Shown piece after piece: positions 25,226-37,336 of a stretch of DNA of 64,000 nt (position 1 is its first letter; each line of letters begins with the position of its first letter). The stretch lies in NCBI GenBank assembly GCA_008632985.1, contig QPGO01000099.1, positions 103,679-167,678 on the forward strand, read 5' to 3'. A model generated the notes under the pieces. The model did not search any database. It saw nothing but the letters and a program-made list of their open reading frames with translations, and had not been told where the DNA came from. The position numbers were made by a program, and so were the translations under genes. The stretch is from Psammoneis japonica (taxonomy: Eukaryota).

Positions 25226-25532
25226 ATTTTACAAAGTTCAGCCTTCGCTCATCACCGCCATTGCGTCTTCCAAAAGTATGATGATTTGATGACATGCAGC
25301 AGGATGCGAAGCACACACAGACAGACATGCACGCAGGCGGATCAAAGACCGTGCCGTAAAGAAGATGTAAATCTCTATTATTACCAAAAAAAGGGATTGA
25401 AAACTAGTATTCAGGATAAGCGGCAGGAAGAAATGGCGGAGTAGTCTGAGTTTCTTCTACTGCAGGCATACCAACCAATATATGATTACAGTATAATGCG
25501 CGGCCGTACAAAAATGGTGCATCATCAACTCT

Positions 25533-26671
25533 CTACTTGTTGGATCCAGAGTACCCTCTTGCATAGTCTGGACAAACACTCTTGCAACACTCGCTTGCTT
25601 GCTTGAATGCCTTGACAAGTTCCGGTGAAAGTGGTTTGCCCAATGCTAGCGATCTAGCGATTTCAAGTTGGCATTGTAGTGCTCGAGTGAACTTGCCCCC
25701 ATGATGATTCCATCATTCTGTGACAATTGAGAGTGGTGGCGCAGCCATCGCAATGACACGTCCGCCATGTCGCTTAGACCCTCGGTCTCCATGGCTGCCT
25801 GTATTATTTCCAATGCTTGAAATTGTTCCGGTTGTTGATACCGATCGCGATATCGTTTGGCCCAAAAGCTCGAACCGGCGAAACGAGTGTTGGGTCCAAT
25901 ATGTTTTGCATTGTCGGTACTGGTTGAGTACTTTCCACTAAGCATGCCTCCCGCCAAAGGATTGTATGCATAAAATTGAATATTGCATTTTCTCAGAGCC
26001 GGAAAGAGGTCCGTCTCAACTTTTCGTGTAATCGCGTTGTACATTCCTTGATAGACGGTCGGCACTACGTATCCATCTCGAGACGACATGTAGAAATGAA
26101 TATAGACCGTTTCCCAAGCGGTAAAATTGGAAAGACCAAAACGACGGAATTTTCCTTCGGTATACATGGCTTGTACTTGTTCCAACGTTTCTTCAATCGG
26201 ATGGTTCACATCGGGTGCGTGCAAATAAAACAAGTCGACACTCTCCATCTGAAGCGAGGCCAAGGACGATTCGAGCTGTAGTCGAACACCGGTACGGGAT
26301 AAACTCTTGTCGGGTGTAAAGGGGTTTGCCTTTGTAGCAATCAAACACTTCGACAGCGACTTGCTTTCGTTCAGAACGTGTCCCAGGATTTCTTCTGTCT
26401 TTCCTCCCTGATACATGATTGCTGTATCCTACAAAATCAGAGGCATGGTGTTGTCATGTGAGAAAACAGTCAAATGCTATAAATAAAACACGATTGTTCT
26501 TACCAGCATGGGACTAGACCCAACGGCGCTCGACCACTGCGTGTTGTTACAGAAATCGTCAATCATGGCGACGGCATCTTTTTCACTCGTTTGTCCTCCA
26601 ATTGTCATGGTCCCCAAAATGACTGCGGGGAGGAGTCCTGAATCCTCTGTCAATGTATTGCTCTCGCTCAT
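25533..26671 (-). pseudogene. Aldo-keto reductase AKR7 (aflatoxin aldehyde reductase-like), intron 26429-26503; C-terminus frameshifted by an 8-bp duplication
   Basis: ILGTMT, LDTAIMYQGG, IATKANP, DLFYLHAPD, YQGMYNA, AYNPLAGG. The typical C-terminus (GKPLSPELVKAF...CPDYAR) is out of frame. Confidence 0.85.
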
Positions 26672-27589
26672 GGTGTGTGTATGATGTTGTAGTGATTGCA
26701 GAATAGCTTATTTGTCAACACTCGTCGCAATTCGTCACCGTCATCGTCACAGGTAGTGTCTTGTGTCGTCGCACGCGTTCATCTTATGCGTTGTAGGCGC
26801 GTGTTCGTACATCACAACTAGTTTAAATCTATCCATGAGAGACACATGATTTGTGCTCTAAATGGATTGTCGTTTTGTGTGTCACCTGGGGCTGGAACAC
26901 GTCTGCTCTCAGAAGAAGGCTTTGAAGAATTTCATCTGACAATTGCCAAGATGCTGGAGATCCTTGCTCCTGTGGCCTCCAGGACCCAATGCACAAAGAC
27001 TGCACCGCTTGATTTTCACACCTCGCACCAGCTGTGGCCCCGGCGACCCCCGGCCTGGCCAACTGCGCCCCGCACCACTGGTGAGCCGTGATTGTGAACA
27101 ATGATGACCTGGGCACCAAAGTGACACAGGAGGCAAAATGCTGCTCAGTTGGACATTTAAAATCAAAACACGGATTGAAAAACTGCAAACAAATTGCACC
27201 TGCACCAGCGGCTTTGCATTTTCACCCCTGTTGATGTTGTCGATTGCAGAGATTGTGGCTTGGAGAAGATGCAATCTCAAAGGAACATGTGAATTCAAAA
27301 AGAGGATGAAGAGCAAAATCCCATGGGTTTGATGACAATTGATGCAGTGTTGGCAGCGCAACAGCTGCAAACCAACGACAGCCGCCATTTTGTTGAACAA
27401 ACGTTGAAAAAGAGGTCATGATGTCGGCATGAATTTTGTGCACCAGATGCATGCGCACCTTTCTGCGCTGGCACAAAAAACCCATGAACAATGGAAAAGC
27501 TTGCCATGACACCATGAACATGACACATGGTCTGCAATGAAATAAAGTGCAAAAATGCAGTGTGATTGACAGAAAACAAAAATGCATTT

Positions 27590-29870
27590 TCAGTTGTTGT
27601 CAACCGTGAATGCACACACTGCGGATCCAGAATCCTTGCCATTGACACAAGCTCCAAGAGCACCAACTCCAATGATGCTTCTGCCAGCCAACAAGGACAT
27701 GGAATGTCCAAAATTGTCACCACCAGCCTTGCCATTTAATGGATCTCCAACTTTCTTCCATTCGTCTGCACTGCTGTTGTGCTGAAAGATTTGAGCTTGA
27801 TCTGCAAGGTCCAATCCATTGACGTCATGCCAACAACTTCCAATCACCAAGACACTTCCATTGCCACTCAATGACACTGAGCATCCAAAAAATCATCAGG
27901 TTGTTGTGTCAAGCAAGTTTGGCCACGTTGATTCCATGTCAAAGTCGAGCTGTTGCACGAATGAACCAAAGCCCTCCCTTCAGTTCCATGTGCACCCATG
28001 GCCACGATCAAACCACTGTTGTCAAGAGACATGACCATCCAAACAAACCATCAACAACTTGTCCATTGATTGCTTGGACTGCCCAACAGATCCCATTTTG
28101 ATGAGGCAGAGTTGCACTCATGCACAGAAAATTGACCAGCATTGTCTCTGCCCAAATTGACTTCATCTGCTCCAATGCCAACAACAGCTCCCTGCACATT
28201 CAATGAAGTGGAACATCCAAAATGATTGTTGTCAGCTTGGCCAATGAGTTTTTGTCTGAGTTGGCTCCAGGATGAGGAGCCGTGGTTGAATTGAAACAAT
28301 CAAGCTGATCCAGAATCCTTGCCATTTTCCGTGTCATCATCCCATGCTCCCATGGCAAGAATGTCTCCCGCGTCCGAGAGTGAAATGGAAAAACCAAATT
28401 GGTCAAAAGTGTCTTGTTCAAGAATGTTGCCACCAAGTTGGACCCAAAGATCCAACAAAGAGTTGTGTTCTGACACATGAACATGACCGGCAGTTGTTCC
28501 GCCACTGTCATTGTCATTGGGTCCAACCGCAAGAACAGTGGCATTGACACATGGCAAAACCGTCCCACCAATTCTTGGCCAATTTGTTTCCATTGTTGGG
28601 TGTTTGGATTGCATTGTTGCACAACAACACAGCCAGGTTTGGAAAAAGAAAAGGTCCATTCATTTGCTCCAATGGCAATTGCACTGGCATCATGAGACAA
28701 GGAGACGAAACCGCCAAAACAATGTTTTTCAGCCTTGCCATGCAAGACTTGACCAACGGGACTCCACAAACCATTTTGTGGCAAAATTGGATCCTCTTCA
28801 CCAACTGCAACAAAAGCATGTTGGGCACTCTCACCGAAATCACCCGATCTGTCAACCAGGAGTTTCCTTTCATTCATTGTGCCAGCGCTGTTGTAGAGTT
28901 TGTAGTGACCACCAACAATTCCATCACACACCCCTTGTCAAAAATGGCAAACAGACATTCTTTTGCACGAACAATGTCAATTTGGGTGGAGACAAGGCTG
29001 TTTGGTTTTCCCCCATGCATGCCAGGAGAAAAGCAATGAGCTCCACATTGCATTGCAGCCCACTTCCCATCCAGTCACTTCCAATTTGTTGTCCAACTGG
29101 GTGACGACCGATGCGACTGGGATGGCAATCACAGCAATCACTGACACAAGGGTGAAAATCACCACAATCACAATGAGTTGCCTCCAACACCTTCTTTCTG
29201 TTGTTGCTTTGTCACTGCTCTTGTTCCCCACCGCCACAACTCCCTCTGCTGTGACAGCCAACAACTCAGCCAAGACACAATGACTCTGCAAGTCGATGTT
29301 CTCCCCTTGTGCATTGTCAGCCATCTTGGCCGCAACACTGCAACAGGACAAGAGAGAGGCAATGCATCATTTGGCAAATCCAGTCCAGCAAACATCCCAG
29401 CATCACCCAGCTCTTGACATGGAATGCGCTCAGCACAAGTTCTGTCTCCCTCCATGTGTGCTCCAGGACTTGAAGGCAGCCAAGTTGGTGCTGATTCAAT
29501 GTCTCTTCTTTTGTTGATGTCACCAGAGCATGCCATTCTTGCATCTTTGCTTGTTGCCAGCATGGTCACATCCAGAGCATCAAAAACATCTGCACGCTTG
29601 TGCCTCTTTGTGCACAGCACATCTGCTGCTCTGTCTTCTTTGTGTGCCAGTGCACCCACCAACTTGGGAATTGGGAATGCCACCATCACCTGAATCAAGA
29701 TGCTGATTCTTGTCAACAAAGACCCTCTTCTTGACTGCACTTCCATTGTTGTCATTGTGGTTGGTTGGAGAGGGGGGACACCGCCCCAACTTGATGGGGA
29801 CATCAATGATGATGACTCGCCTCTGGTTGCTTGGTCTTGCTGATGGGTGGGGGTTCCCATGATCCACCAG
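27590..29870 (-). pseudogene. FG-GAP/beta-propeller repeat single-pass membrane protein, hypermutated
   Basis: Repeats WxQxGxxxxG...D.FG.S.SLS..G..LA.GA (e.g. WVQLGGNILEQDTFDQFGFSISLSDAGDILAMGA), TM segment LIVIVVIFTLVSVIAVIAIPV. Many stops and frameshifts. Confidence 0.8.
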
Positions 29871-31249
29871 GCTTCACCATGGAAAACTCTTCTGGATGAC
29901 TGCCAATTCCCTTGTCATTCAATTTCCACCTTCTTGCAAAATCATGGGGCAAAGATGGGGGCAACAACAAAACCTCATTTGGCTCCTCTCCAATTCACCC
30001 AGATGGATGACAGTGTGACATGTGGTGATGAATGAGCCAAAACCTCCTGCAGCGCACATGTGGCAAAAAGGAGGAAGAAGAAGAGGAATCATGTTGGAGC
30101 TGCTGATGGGGCTGCTCAAAGTGCAACTCTCAAGCAATTGTTTGACAAGACTTGCCACAGACAGATGATCTGATTGTGACTTCCTTGTCACTTTCAATGC
30201 TGCTGTCGCTTTCAATGCAATCGCACTCCTCTTTTGTTTTTTGTTTGAAAAACCTTCTCAATTCTTGCATGACTCCTTGAAGAAGCCACAGCCTCTCTGT
30301 CACAGCATGCATCACAAAAGAGGGCACAAGCACAAGTGGTGTTCTTGTTCTCTGATGGTGACACAATGCAAGTGCCTGTTGCAAATGCAAGAGTTGATGT
30401 CATTGTTGACACGAGAGTTTCAGTGACCTCATCGCTGCTCCTGCTCCAACAAAATGCATGTGCAGCATTGGTGTCCGTGTGTGTTGACTCCACGGCAGTG
30501 GAGGTTTTGCTCTTGATGCAAGCACTGTGAGCCATGCGTTGTTGTCATGGTGGGTGTCTTGTTGTTGTTGCAGGTTGGATGTCACCTCTTGTCACTTGTC
30601 ACCCATGTCCGCAAGCAACAATCAGGCTGGAGGTGGCAGGGACAGGCGAAGAAGCAAAACACGTGCACACAAGTAGAGACCATTGTGCAGACAGACCGCA
30701 ACTGCAATTTGTTCCTCTTTTGCCTGGCAGCATGTGCAGCACCAACACACAGTTCTTGGTGCAGGTGCCGGCACAGCAAGCTTGTTGCTGCTGTCTAAAT
30801 GGCAGATGACTCTCTGTGTGGAGACCAGCACAGGAGCCAAAAAGATGTGCATCATGAAATCAGCACTGCTGTCATTGTTCTTGTGAGCCACATGGCTTGT
30901 GAGAGCAAAAAGCTGCATCACGACAGTGCACAGAACCAAGAGCACACACATGTCTGTGTGTGCAACAAACTGACACAGCATGCAACAAATTGTGCACCAC
31001 TGAAGTCCTGTTCAAATCCTTTTGCTCCCCATTTTGCTTGAGGAAGCCACCAAAACAGACTCAAGGTTGGACTGGCCAAAGGCTTCAGCAGAAGGTCAAA
31101 AAGCTCCAAAGCACAAGAGGACAGAGAAGAAGGCTCTGGATCTGGGGCAACCCCAGTGCTTGCTCAAAATGTCAGCAGGGTTGTGGGAGCCTTCAACAAA
31201 GTGGAGCTGTCAAGGAAACCCTGGCAATTGCCTCTCATGAACATGGTGG

Positions 31250-31640
31250 AATGAGAGGGCAGCTTGTTGCCCTCAAACATGCAACAACAAGTGTCATGGA
31301 TCAGGATGCCAAGGCCATGCAGCATGGTGTGCAAATTGATGATCTGCTCCATGCAACAATTCCTCACAGTGACGAACTTGGACCCACAAGTTGTGATCTC
31401 AATGCCAGCTTGTTTCTTGGAGAACCAATCGGCTGGAAACTTGCTCAGGAAATGGATGATGCCATTGATGGAACACACAGCAAGCATGCAATGAAATGAG
31501 TTTGCACCAACAGGATGAGCCACAGCGACAAACATGCCAAGAGAGGCTTGGGTGCATCTTTGGGAATCAGCTCCTTCACATCACTGCAAAAGTGCCATGT
31601 CACATCTTGGGCAAAGTGTCAGACATTGTGCTCATCTGGG
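31250..31640 (-). mobile_element. Ty1/copia (CoDi-like) retrotransposon RNase H remnant
   Basis: DVKELIPKDAPKPL...GIIHFLSKFPADWFSKKQAGIEITTCGSKFV...EQIINL.TML.GLG.LI....MFEGN matches the copia RNase H pattern W.SKKQ..VE..TYGSEF..MFGDN. Confidence 0.8.
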
Positions 31641-32147
31641 ACCTTGCATCACTGAACTGCACAAAGACTGCGCCACTTGATTTTCAAACCTCAAACCATG
31701 GCCCTGGCAAACCATGGCCCGGCGAACTGTGCCCCACACCATTGGTGAGCTGTGCTTGTGAACAATGATGACCTGGGCATTGAAGTGAATCAGGAGGCAA
31801 AATGCTGCTCAGCTGGGCATTCAAAATCAAAACAAGGGCTGAAAAACAACAAACAAATTGCACCTGCACCAATGGCTTTGCATTTCTGCCCCTGTTGATG
31901 TTGTCAATTGCAGAGATTGTGGCTGGAGAAGACACAATCTCAAAGGAACATGCAAGTTAAAAAGAGAATGGCAAGCAACATCCTGTGGGTTTGATGACAA
32001 CTGACACAGTGTTGGTGGCACAATGATGGCTGCAAACTGATGACTGCCACCAAAAAAAGGTCATGATTCATGCCAACAGCAAAAAAAAATCATTTCTGCA
32101 AAGCCAACGCTGCTCTGAAACACCGCACAGCAAGCAACATGCATGGT

Positions 32148-32590
32148 GTCTGTTTGCCTCCCATTTCAGTCACAGCTTGCCATCTGCCACCCAACAAATC
32201 CTCCATCCACTCTGACTTCAGTGCACGCCACTTCAGAACAACAACAACCCATGTTGTTTTGTTGCAACTGTCTCTGTGTTGCACTCTGTCCATCCATTGT
32301 TGTCAGCAGAACAATTGAGCTCATCCGAGGCCACCATCATTTTGACAAAGACAAGGTCATGAGCTCTGCCACTGCCAAGAACAGCAATGATGACAAAAAA
32401 ACCACTTCTGTGACTGCTGGCATTGACTTTGGTTGCAAATCAACAAAAGTGGCACTGTGCATCAATGAGGACAATGATGCCCCAGTTGAAATTGTGTGAA
32501 ATGAAGTGGGTGGGCACATGACTCCAACCTTGGTGGCCTTCATGTGGGGCAGATGCATTGCATGGGAGAAGCTGCAACAGCACACAAAGG
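32148..32590 (+). pseudogene. Hypermutated duplicate of the promoter and 5' end of the Hsp70-TPR gene (43311-43762)
   Basis: Direct nucleotide similarity; translation MSSATAKNS..TSVTAGIDFGCKSTKVALCI..VEIV*NEVGGHMTPTLV. Confidence 0.9.
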
Positions 32591-34759
32591 GCTGCACCCC
32601 GTTCTGGCTTCCAGCTTGTTGACAAGTGCTGCACACATGCTGCTGCACATTGGCCCAAGTTTCAGCATGGGGCAATGAGTGAATGCATGGCTGATGGCAA
32701 CTTGCTGAAGCAAAGCACTCTCCTGAACAATCCCAGCCACTGAGATCTTCCATGAAAGCTCTTGTGCCTGGATGATTAAAGATGCCATGCATCTTGTTCA
32801 CCAGCTGCACAAAGTGATTTTTGTCACAAATGTTGTGACAACTGAAGCTGAAGCCATTCTCCCAACAGCTGTTGCAATGCTGGAATTTCTTGGACATGGC
32901 CAATTCACAGTGCATTGCTCCTGCAAATTCAAGAATGAGTGCACCTCAAAGGAAGACCAGCTCTCCTTCATGCAACGCCTCTGCCATGCTGTCAAGAGCA
33001 CCAGGATTTTCAAAGAGCCTTGGGCTCAAACAGTGCTCAATGCCCTTGCTGCACTCAAGCTTGTGTTCTTGGGGGCAAGACTTTGGGACACACGCACCAT
33101 TGTCAAGAATGACCTGATCAGAGTCACAGGTTGCATCAACAGGCAAAATGATGTTTCTCCAAAAAGGGGTTCCTGCAGAGAGAAGCAAAGATCTCAAAGC
33201 TGCAAACATGTGCAGATGGATCTTTGCTCTTCATGCTGCACTCTGTTGTCATTCACATCCCTGCTTTCATGATGATGACAGCATGCCATGCAATGTTGAT
33301 GCTGTGACCCATGTGCATGTGTCTTTGCCAGTGGCTGCAAGCTGCAAACACCTTGTGGATGTGTGGCAACAAAAGGGAAACAACTTTCACTGACAAAGTG
33401 CAGACAAGCAGATGGTGTTTCTTTTGCACCACATGCATCACCCCCTTTCCAAACTCAAGAGTGACCAAGACATCTGCAACAGCTCCCCAGCTGGCTGCTG
33501 GCCCATCAAGTTCTCTGATTTGTGCCATGCTGCATGAAGCCAAACATCACCTCTCCCCTGCAGCTTTGCTTGCCAAAGTGCCATCAGATGACAATTGAAC
33601 ACAACACATTGGAAGAGTCTGTTCTTGATGTGTTGCTGCCCCCAGCATCTTTGCTGCCACTCTTGTTGCCAAGTGTGCATCTGCTGTGAGCCTTGCAACA
33701 AAACAGCTTTTTCTTTGAGGCTTTGGGCTCTTGCAACAGCTCCTCCCTGCTGTGAGCTCCAAAGAGATGACTGGAAGTTGGCAAATCATCTTCTTGGCAA
33801 GCTTGCCCAACAGAGCCCAAAATCCTTGAGATTGTTGCAAAACACCAGTGGTGTGTGCACTCTTTTGTTCTGCACCAGCAGCAGCAGCACTGAGGCAGAC
33901 ACAGCAGCACTTGAGTGTCCGTTCCTCTCTGCTCCACTTGCAAAGATGAGACAGCCCCAGAACAGTGTTGACATTGTCTCTCTTGCTTCTTTTCCCCTTT
34001 TGCTGTCCATGGATGATTGCAGTGCACCAGTTGATCATGAGCACTTTGAGTTGGCATGGGAGTTGCCCAGTGTGTGAGGCTGTCTCCTTGACCACATGCC
34101 AGATGTCCCCAATGAATGAAGCTCACCCACAACCACACAGTCTCTTACTTTTTTGTGCTCCAGGCAAAGCAAAACTCTCTTTTCTCATCTTCAATGACTT
34201 GCAGAGCCAAACCAGATAAGAACTTTTCAGCATTTTTTGTTGGCAGCTCACATGAGCCCATCAGCTGCTGGCCTTTGTCAACTTTGAGCTTTCTTCAATG
34301 GCGCTGGTGGACTGCTGGTGCAATTTCCACAAATCACATTTTTCTGTGGCATGCACACAACAGGCAATTCCAGAAAAAACAATGATGAGAAAAGGGCAAA
34401 AGTCAATCAAATGTGCCCCATCCAGAAAACAACAAAGCAACACACACAAGCAAAAATGCAGAAGAAGCACATTTCTGAATTTCTTTTGGTGCTCACTTCA
34501 TGCAGCCAAAGACAATGGCCCAGTTTCCATGGACTTCCTGGTCATGAAACTTGTGCAACTCAAACATGCCTCATTCCCCACCATGGCTCACAAGCTCAGG
34601 CATGATCTCTCCTTGCTTGGCTGTGCAGACATGTTCATCAAACAGAAAAGCAGCTTTGCACACTGCAAGCCATCAGATCAAGCTGCTGCAACCTCACTCT
34701 CAAGCTGCTGCAACCTTTGGCAGTGCGGGCTCTGGCCAGAGCACGTGGGGCCCTGACAG

Positions 34760-35303
34760 CTGGAGAAGAGAGGAGTGGGTTTAATTGGACCACACTGGTT
34801 TGGAACGCTCTGTGTGCATGCTTGGACTTGTGCTCTGGGGATCACATCACTTCATCAAGCTCGCAACCAAGATGGGTCCAATCACACCAGCAACCTGTGT
34901 TGCCTTTACAACTCTGACTGTTGTGAGTCACCTGGGTGCATCATGTGGCGATCCTGGCATTGTCGGAGATGCAAAACCCCGCCATGTCACTCTCTGAATG
35001 TGGACAATTGGAGATGGTTTGGCTTGTGCAGTGTGTGTCAGTCACCCGATGGAGCCCATTGTCCAGACTGTATAAGGTTACGCCGCCGGGTATGATCATC
35101 ACTGTGTGTGGATGGGCACGTGCACTGGACGAAAGAACTTTCGAGCCTCTAAGATTTTCAACTTGTCGCGGTTGTTTTATTTGATTTACTGCATTGTGTG
35201 GGTCTCCATTGTGGCCCTAAGCGTATTCTCTGAGAAGAATAGTACTCACGATGACACAAGTGGCAATACAAACAGTACGGAAGGAGAACTGTCAAATGAT
35301 TGA
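34760..35303 (+). pseudogene. DHHC palmitoyl acyltransferase fragment
   Basis: CGDPGIV...WRW.GLCSV.QSPDGAHCPDC, then after a frameshift GYDHHCVWMGTCTGRKNFR followed by a TM segment. Confidence 0.8.
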
Positions 35304-35409
35304 AAGCGCCCCAAAAACAGAATTTGCGTTTCCAGACGAGCCTGTTTACCTAATAGAGAACCATTGATTCTGATACCCGAAACAACAGAGCACTAGTTCT
35401 CTGATGCCT

Positions 35410-36830
35410 CTATCGCTTCATCCTACTGGCTGCAAGAGCTGCTTGCACCACAAGATACGTGCTTTGCTGAGGCGGCTCCTTGGTTTGATTATACGTACTC
35501 GAAGAGCCAAGAGATATCTTTCTTGGCTTCTTCTTCGATCGGTGACCTCCTCCTAGATGAATGAAACTGGGTCTTGCATTTTTCTGCTTGAAAGACATGG
35601 CGTTACGGAAACAAAACGACCAGACGGCAAGCAGCATTTCATCGGTGTTTCTGCTATTCTCCTTGGCGGTGGCATCATGCGAGAAGCATTGTCGATGATG
35701 CGGTTGGATCGTTTAGGCTTTGGAACAATGGACGGCTCTGGCTTTTGTTGTTGGACGCGAATCGGCGTCATCTGCTTCACTTGTCAAAAGAGACTCGACA
35801 TGTTGGATAGACTTGAATTGACTTCCAACGTATCGACCCTTTCCACCATCCTTGACGAGGAGATCGTTTTTCGACCGTGATGTGAGCGAAAAGGGCTTGT
35901 CAATCAAGGTGTTAATCTTCTTCGCTGGCTTGGTATCCGCGAAGGGTTTGGGATCGGGCGGTTTGCCATGGCTGCTACCTGGATCGGTCGTCACTTGAAT
36001 TGAACGAGGCCAGGAAATACGTTGTCAGCAGGTACAACAGGCAGTGACGATCTCTTCTTGTGGGAAAGGACCACAACTGGAGGAGTGGCTGGCTTCGGTT
36101 TGCTGTTTTCCTTCACGGCTTCCTCTAATTCGTCGGTGGACTTTCCACTTCAAAATACCCAAAGAGTTGCTCAACAACTTCCATGGTTGCATTGGGAATG
36201 GGTGTGTTTTAAGTACGCGGAAAACATTCGATAAGAAAATGAGCAACGTTCGTATCTAGTCCCAGAAGAAACGAAACCATTTCCAAAAAAGTAATCACGT
36301 CGTTCGCAAGAGACAGAGGTTCTGCCGTTTCTCGTTTCCGTTTGTTTTTCGACTTGATCTTCTTCTCATTTGAGTTGGTCGCCGCAGGTTGAACGAGTAG
36401 CAACTTTAGCATATCATTATTGTCATTACCGTACTTGTCTGCAATCATGGCATGGAGCTGCATTCGAAACATGACTTTAAGTTGAATACTTGGTACCACG
36501 TGCGGCGGAGATGGGTCGTTCGTATCGATACTGGCATCGTGATGTTTCTTGAATTCCTCCACGGTAATAATGCCCTCCAACCCGTACTCATTAACAGCAT
36601 CGACACTATTTGTATCTCCATTCTGATCTGAGTTTAGTCTCAATTCCTTAGAGACGGAGATTGCTTCTGCGTTGCTCTCAGTGACTGGTTTCGCCGTTTT
36701 ACTTGCTCGTATGCGCTTGGGCTTGTTGCAAGAATTGCTGATAAGTTTTTGATAAGGTCAATGCGTCGTAAGTTGACCAATTCTCTGCGCCTTTCTATTG
36801 TCAACACCAGAATCATCCTCTAAACAATCC
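35410..36830 (-). other. Fragmented coding-like region of unknown function (spliced gene or pseudogene)
   Basis: Series of same-strand protein-like ORFs (36209..36643, 35713..35994, 35553..35780) in different frames; no recognised domain. Confidence 0.35.
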
Positions 36831-37336
36831 GAGAGCTCAGCCGTCGTTCTTTCTGTGCTGCTGTTTTTGTTTCGCAACAAGGACCAGCGTAAAGTAAAGT
36901 CTAACGAGCTCAGTATCGTCAAGGGCGTGGCGAAATGCGAAATCTGTACAAATACTGTACGCGAAAATCAGAGAGGTTCGACATGTTTCGTTTGCAGGTA
37001 TTCAGCAACGTTGCAAAGATTTGTTTTGTTCGGAATCAGCGGCTGATTTGATTGCCAAAATGATGCACACGGGGAGTATCTTGGGGTTTACTCAGTAATT
37101 TGGGCAAAATATATTTCGATGGACTAGTAGCATCGGAGTTGTTATCATTCAGGGCTAGAACACGCATATTATGGTATACACCTGGTCTAGCCAAGCCGAC
37201 GCGTGCGAGTTGTTAAAGGACGAGGTTTAGAGTTGGTTCTAGTAGATACTATCTCGCTTCACAAATTTCAGCCAGTCCTTTCATTCTGTAAAACAGAACC
37301 ACCGCCGAGACCCAGTAGGTTCCTGCATTGCAGAGA

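Larger units (their letters stand above)
26990..32050 (+). repeat. Diverged ~400-bp direct repeat (about 26990-27390 and 31659-32050)
   Basis: Shared blocks GCACAAAGACTGC, GAACAATGATGACCTGGGCA, CAGGAGGCAAAATGCTGCTCAG, CAAACAAATTGCACCTGCACCA, CCCCTGTTGATGTTGTC. Confidence 0.85.

Noticed and set aside
32600..32900. Possible integrase HHCC motif (MHGIFNHPG...CSTCQ)
   Set aside because: His and Cys are artificially enriched by the mutational signature, and no DDE core is visible.
13260..35070. Classical fungal RIP or plain CpG decay as the explanation for the converted domains
   Set aside because: RIP increases TpA, and 5mC decay does not remove it. Paralogue comparisons show TA being lost, with the intact, conserved-Tyr state carrying TA.
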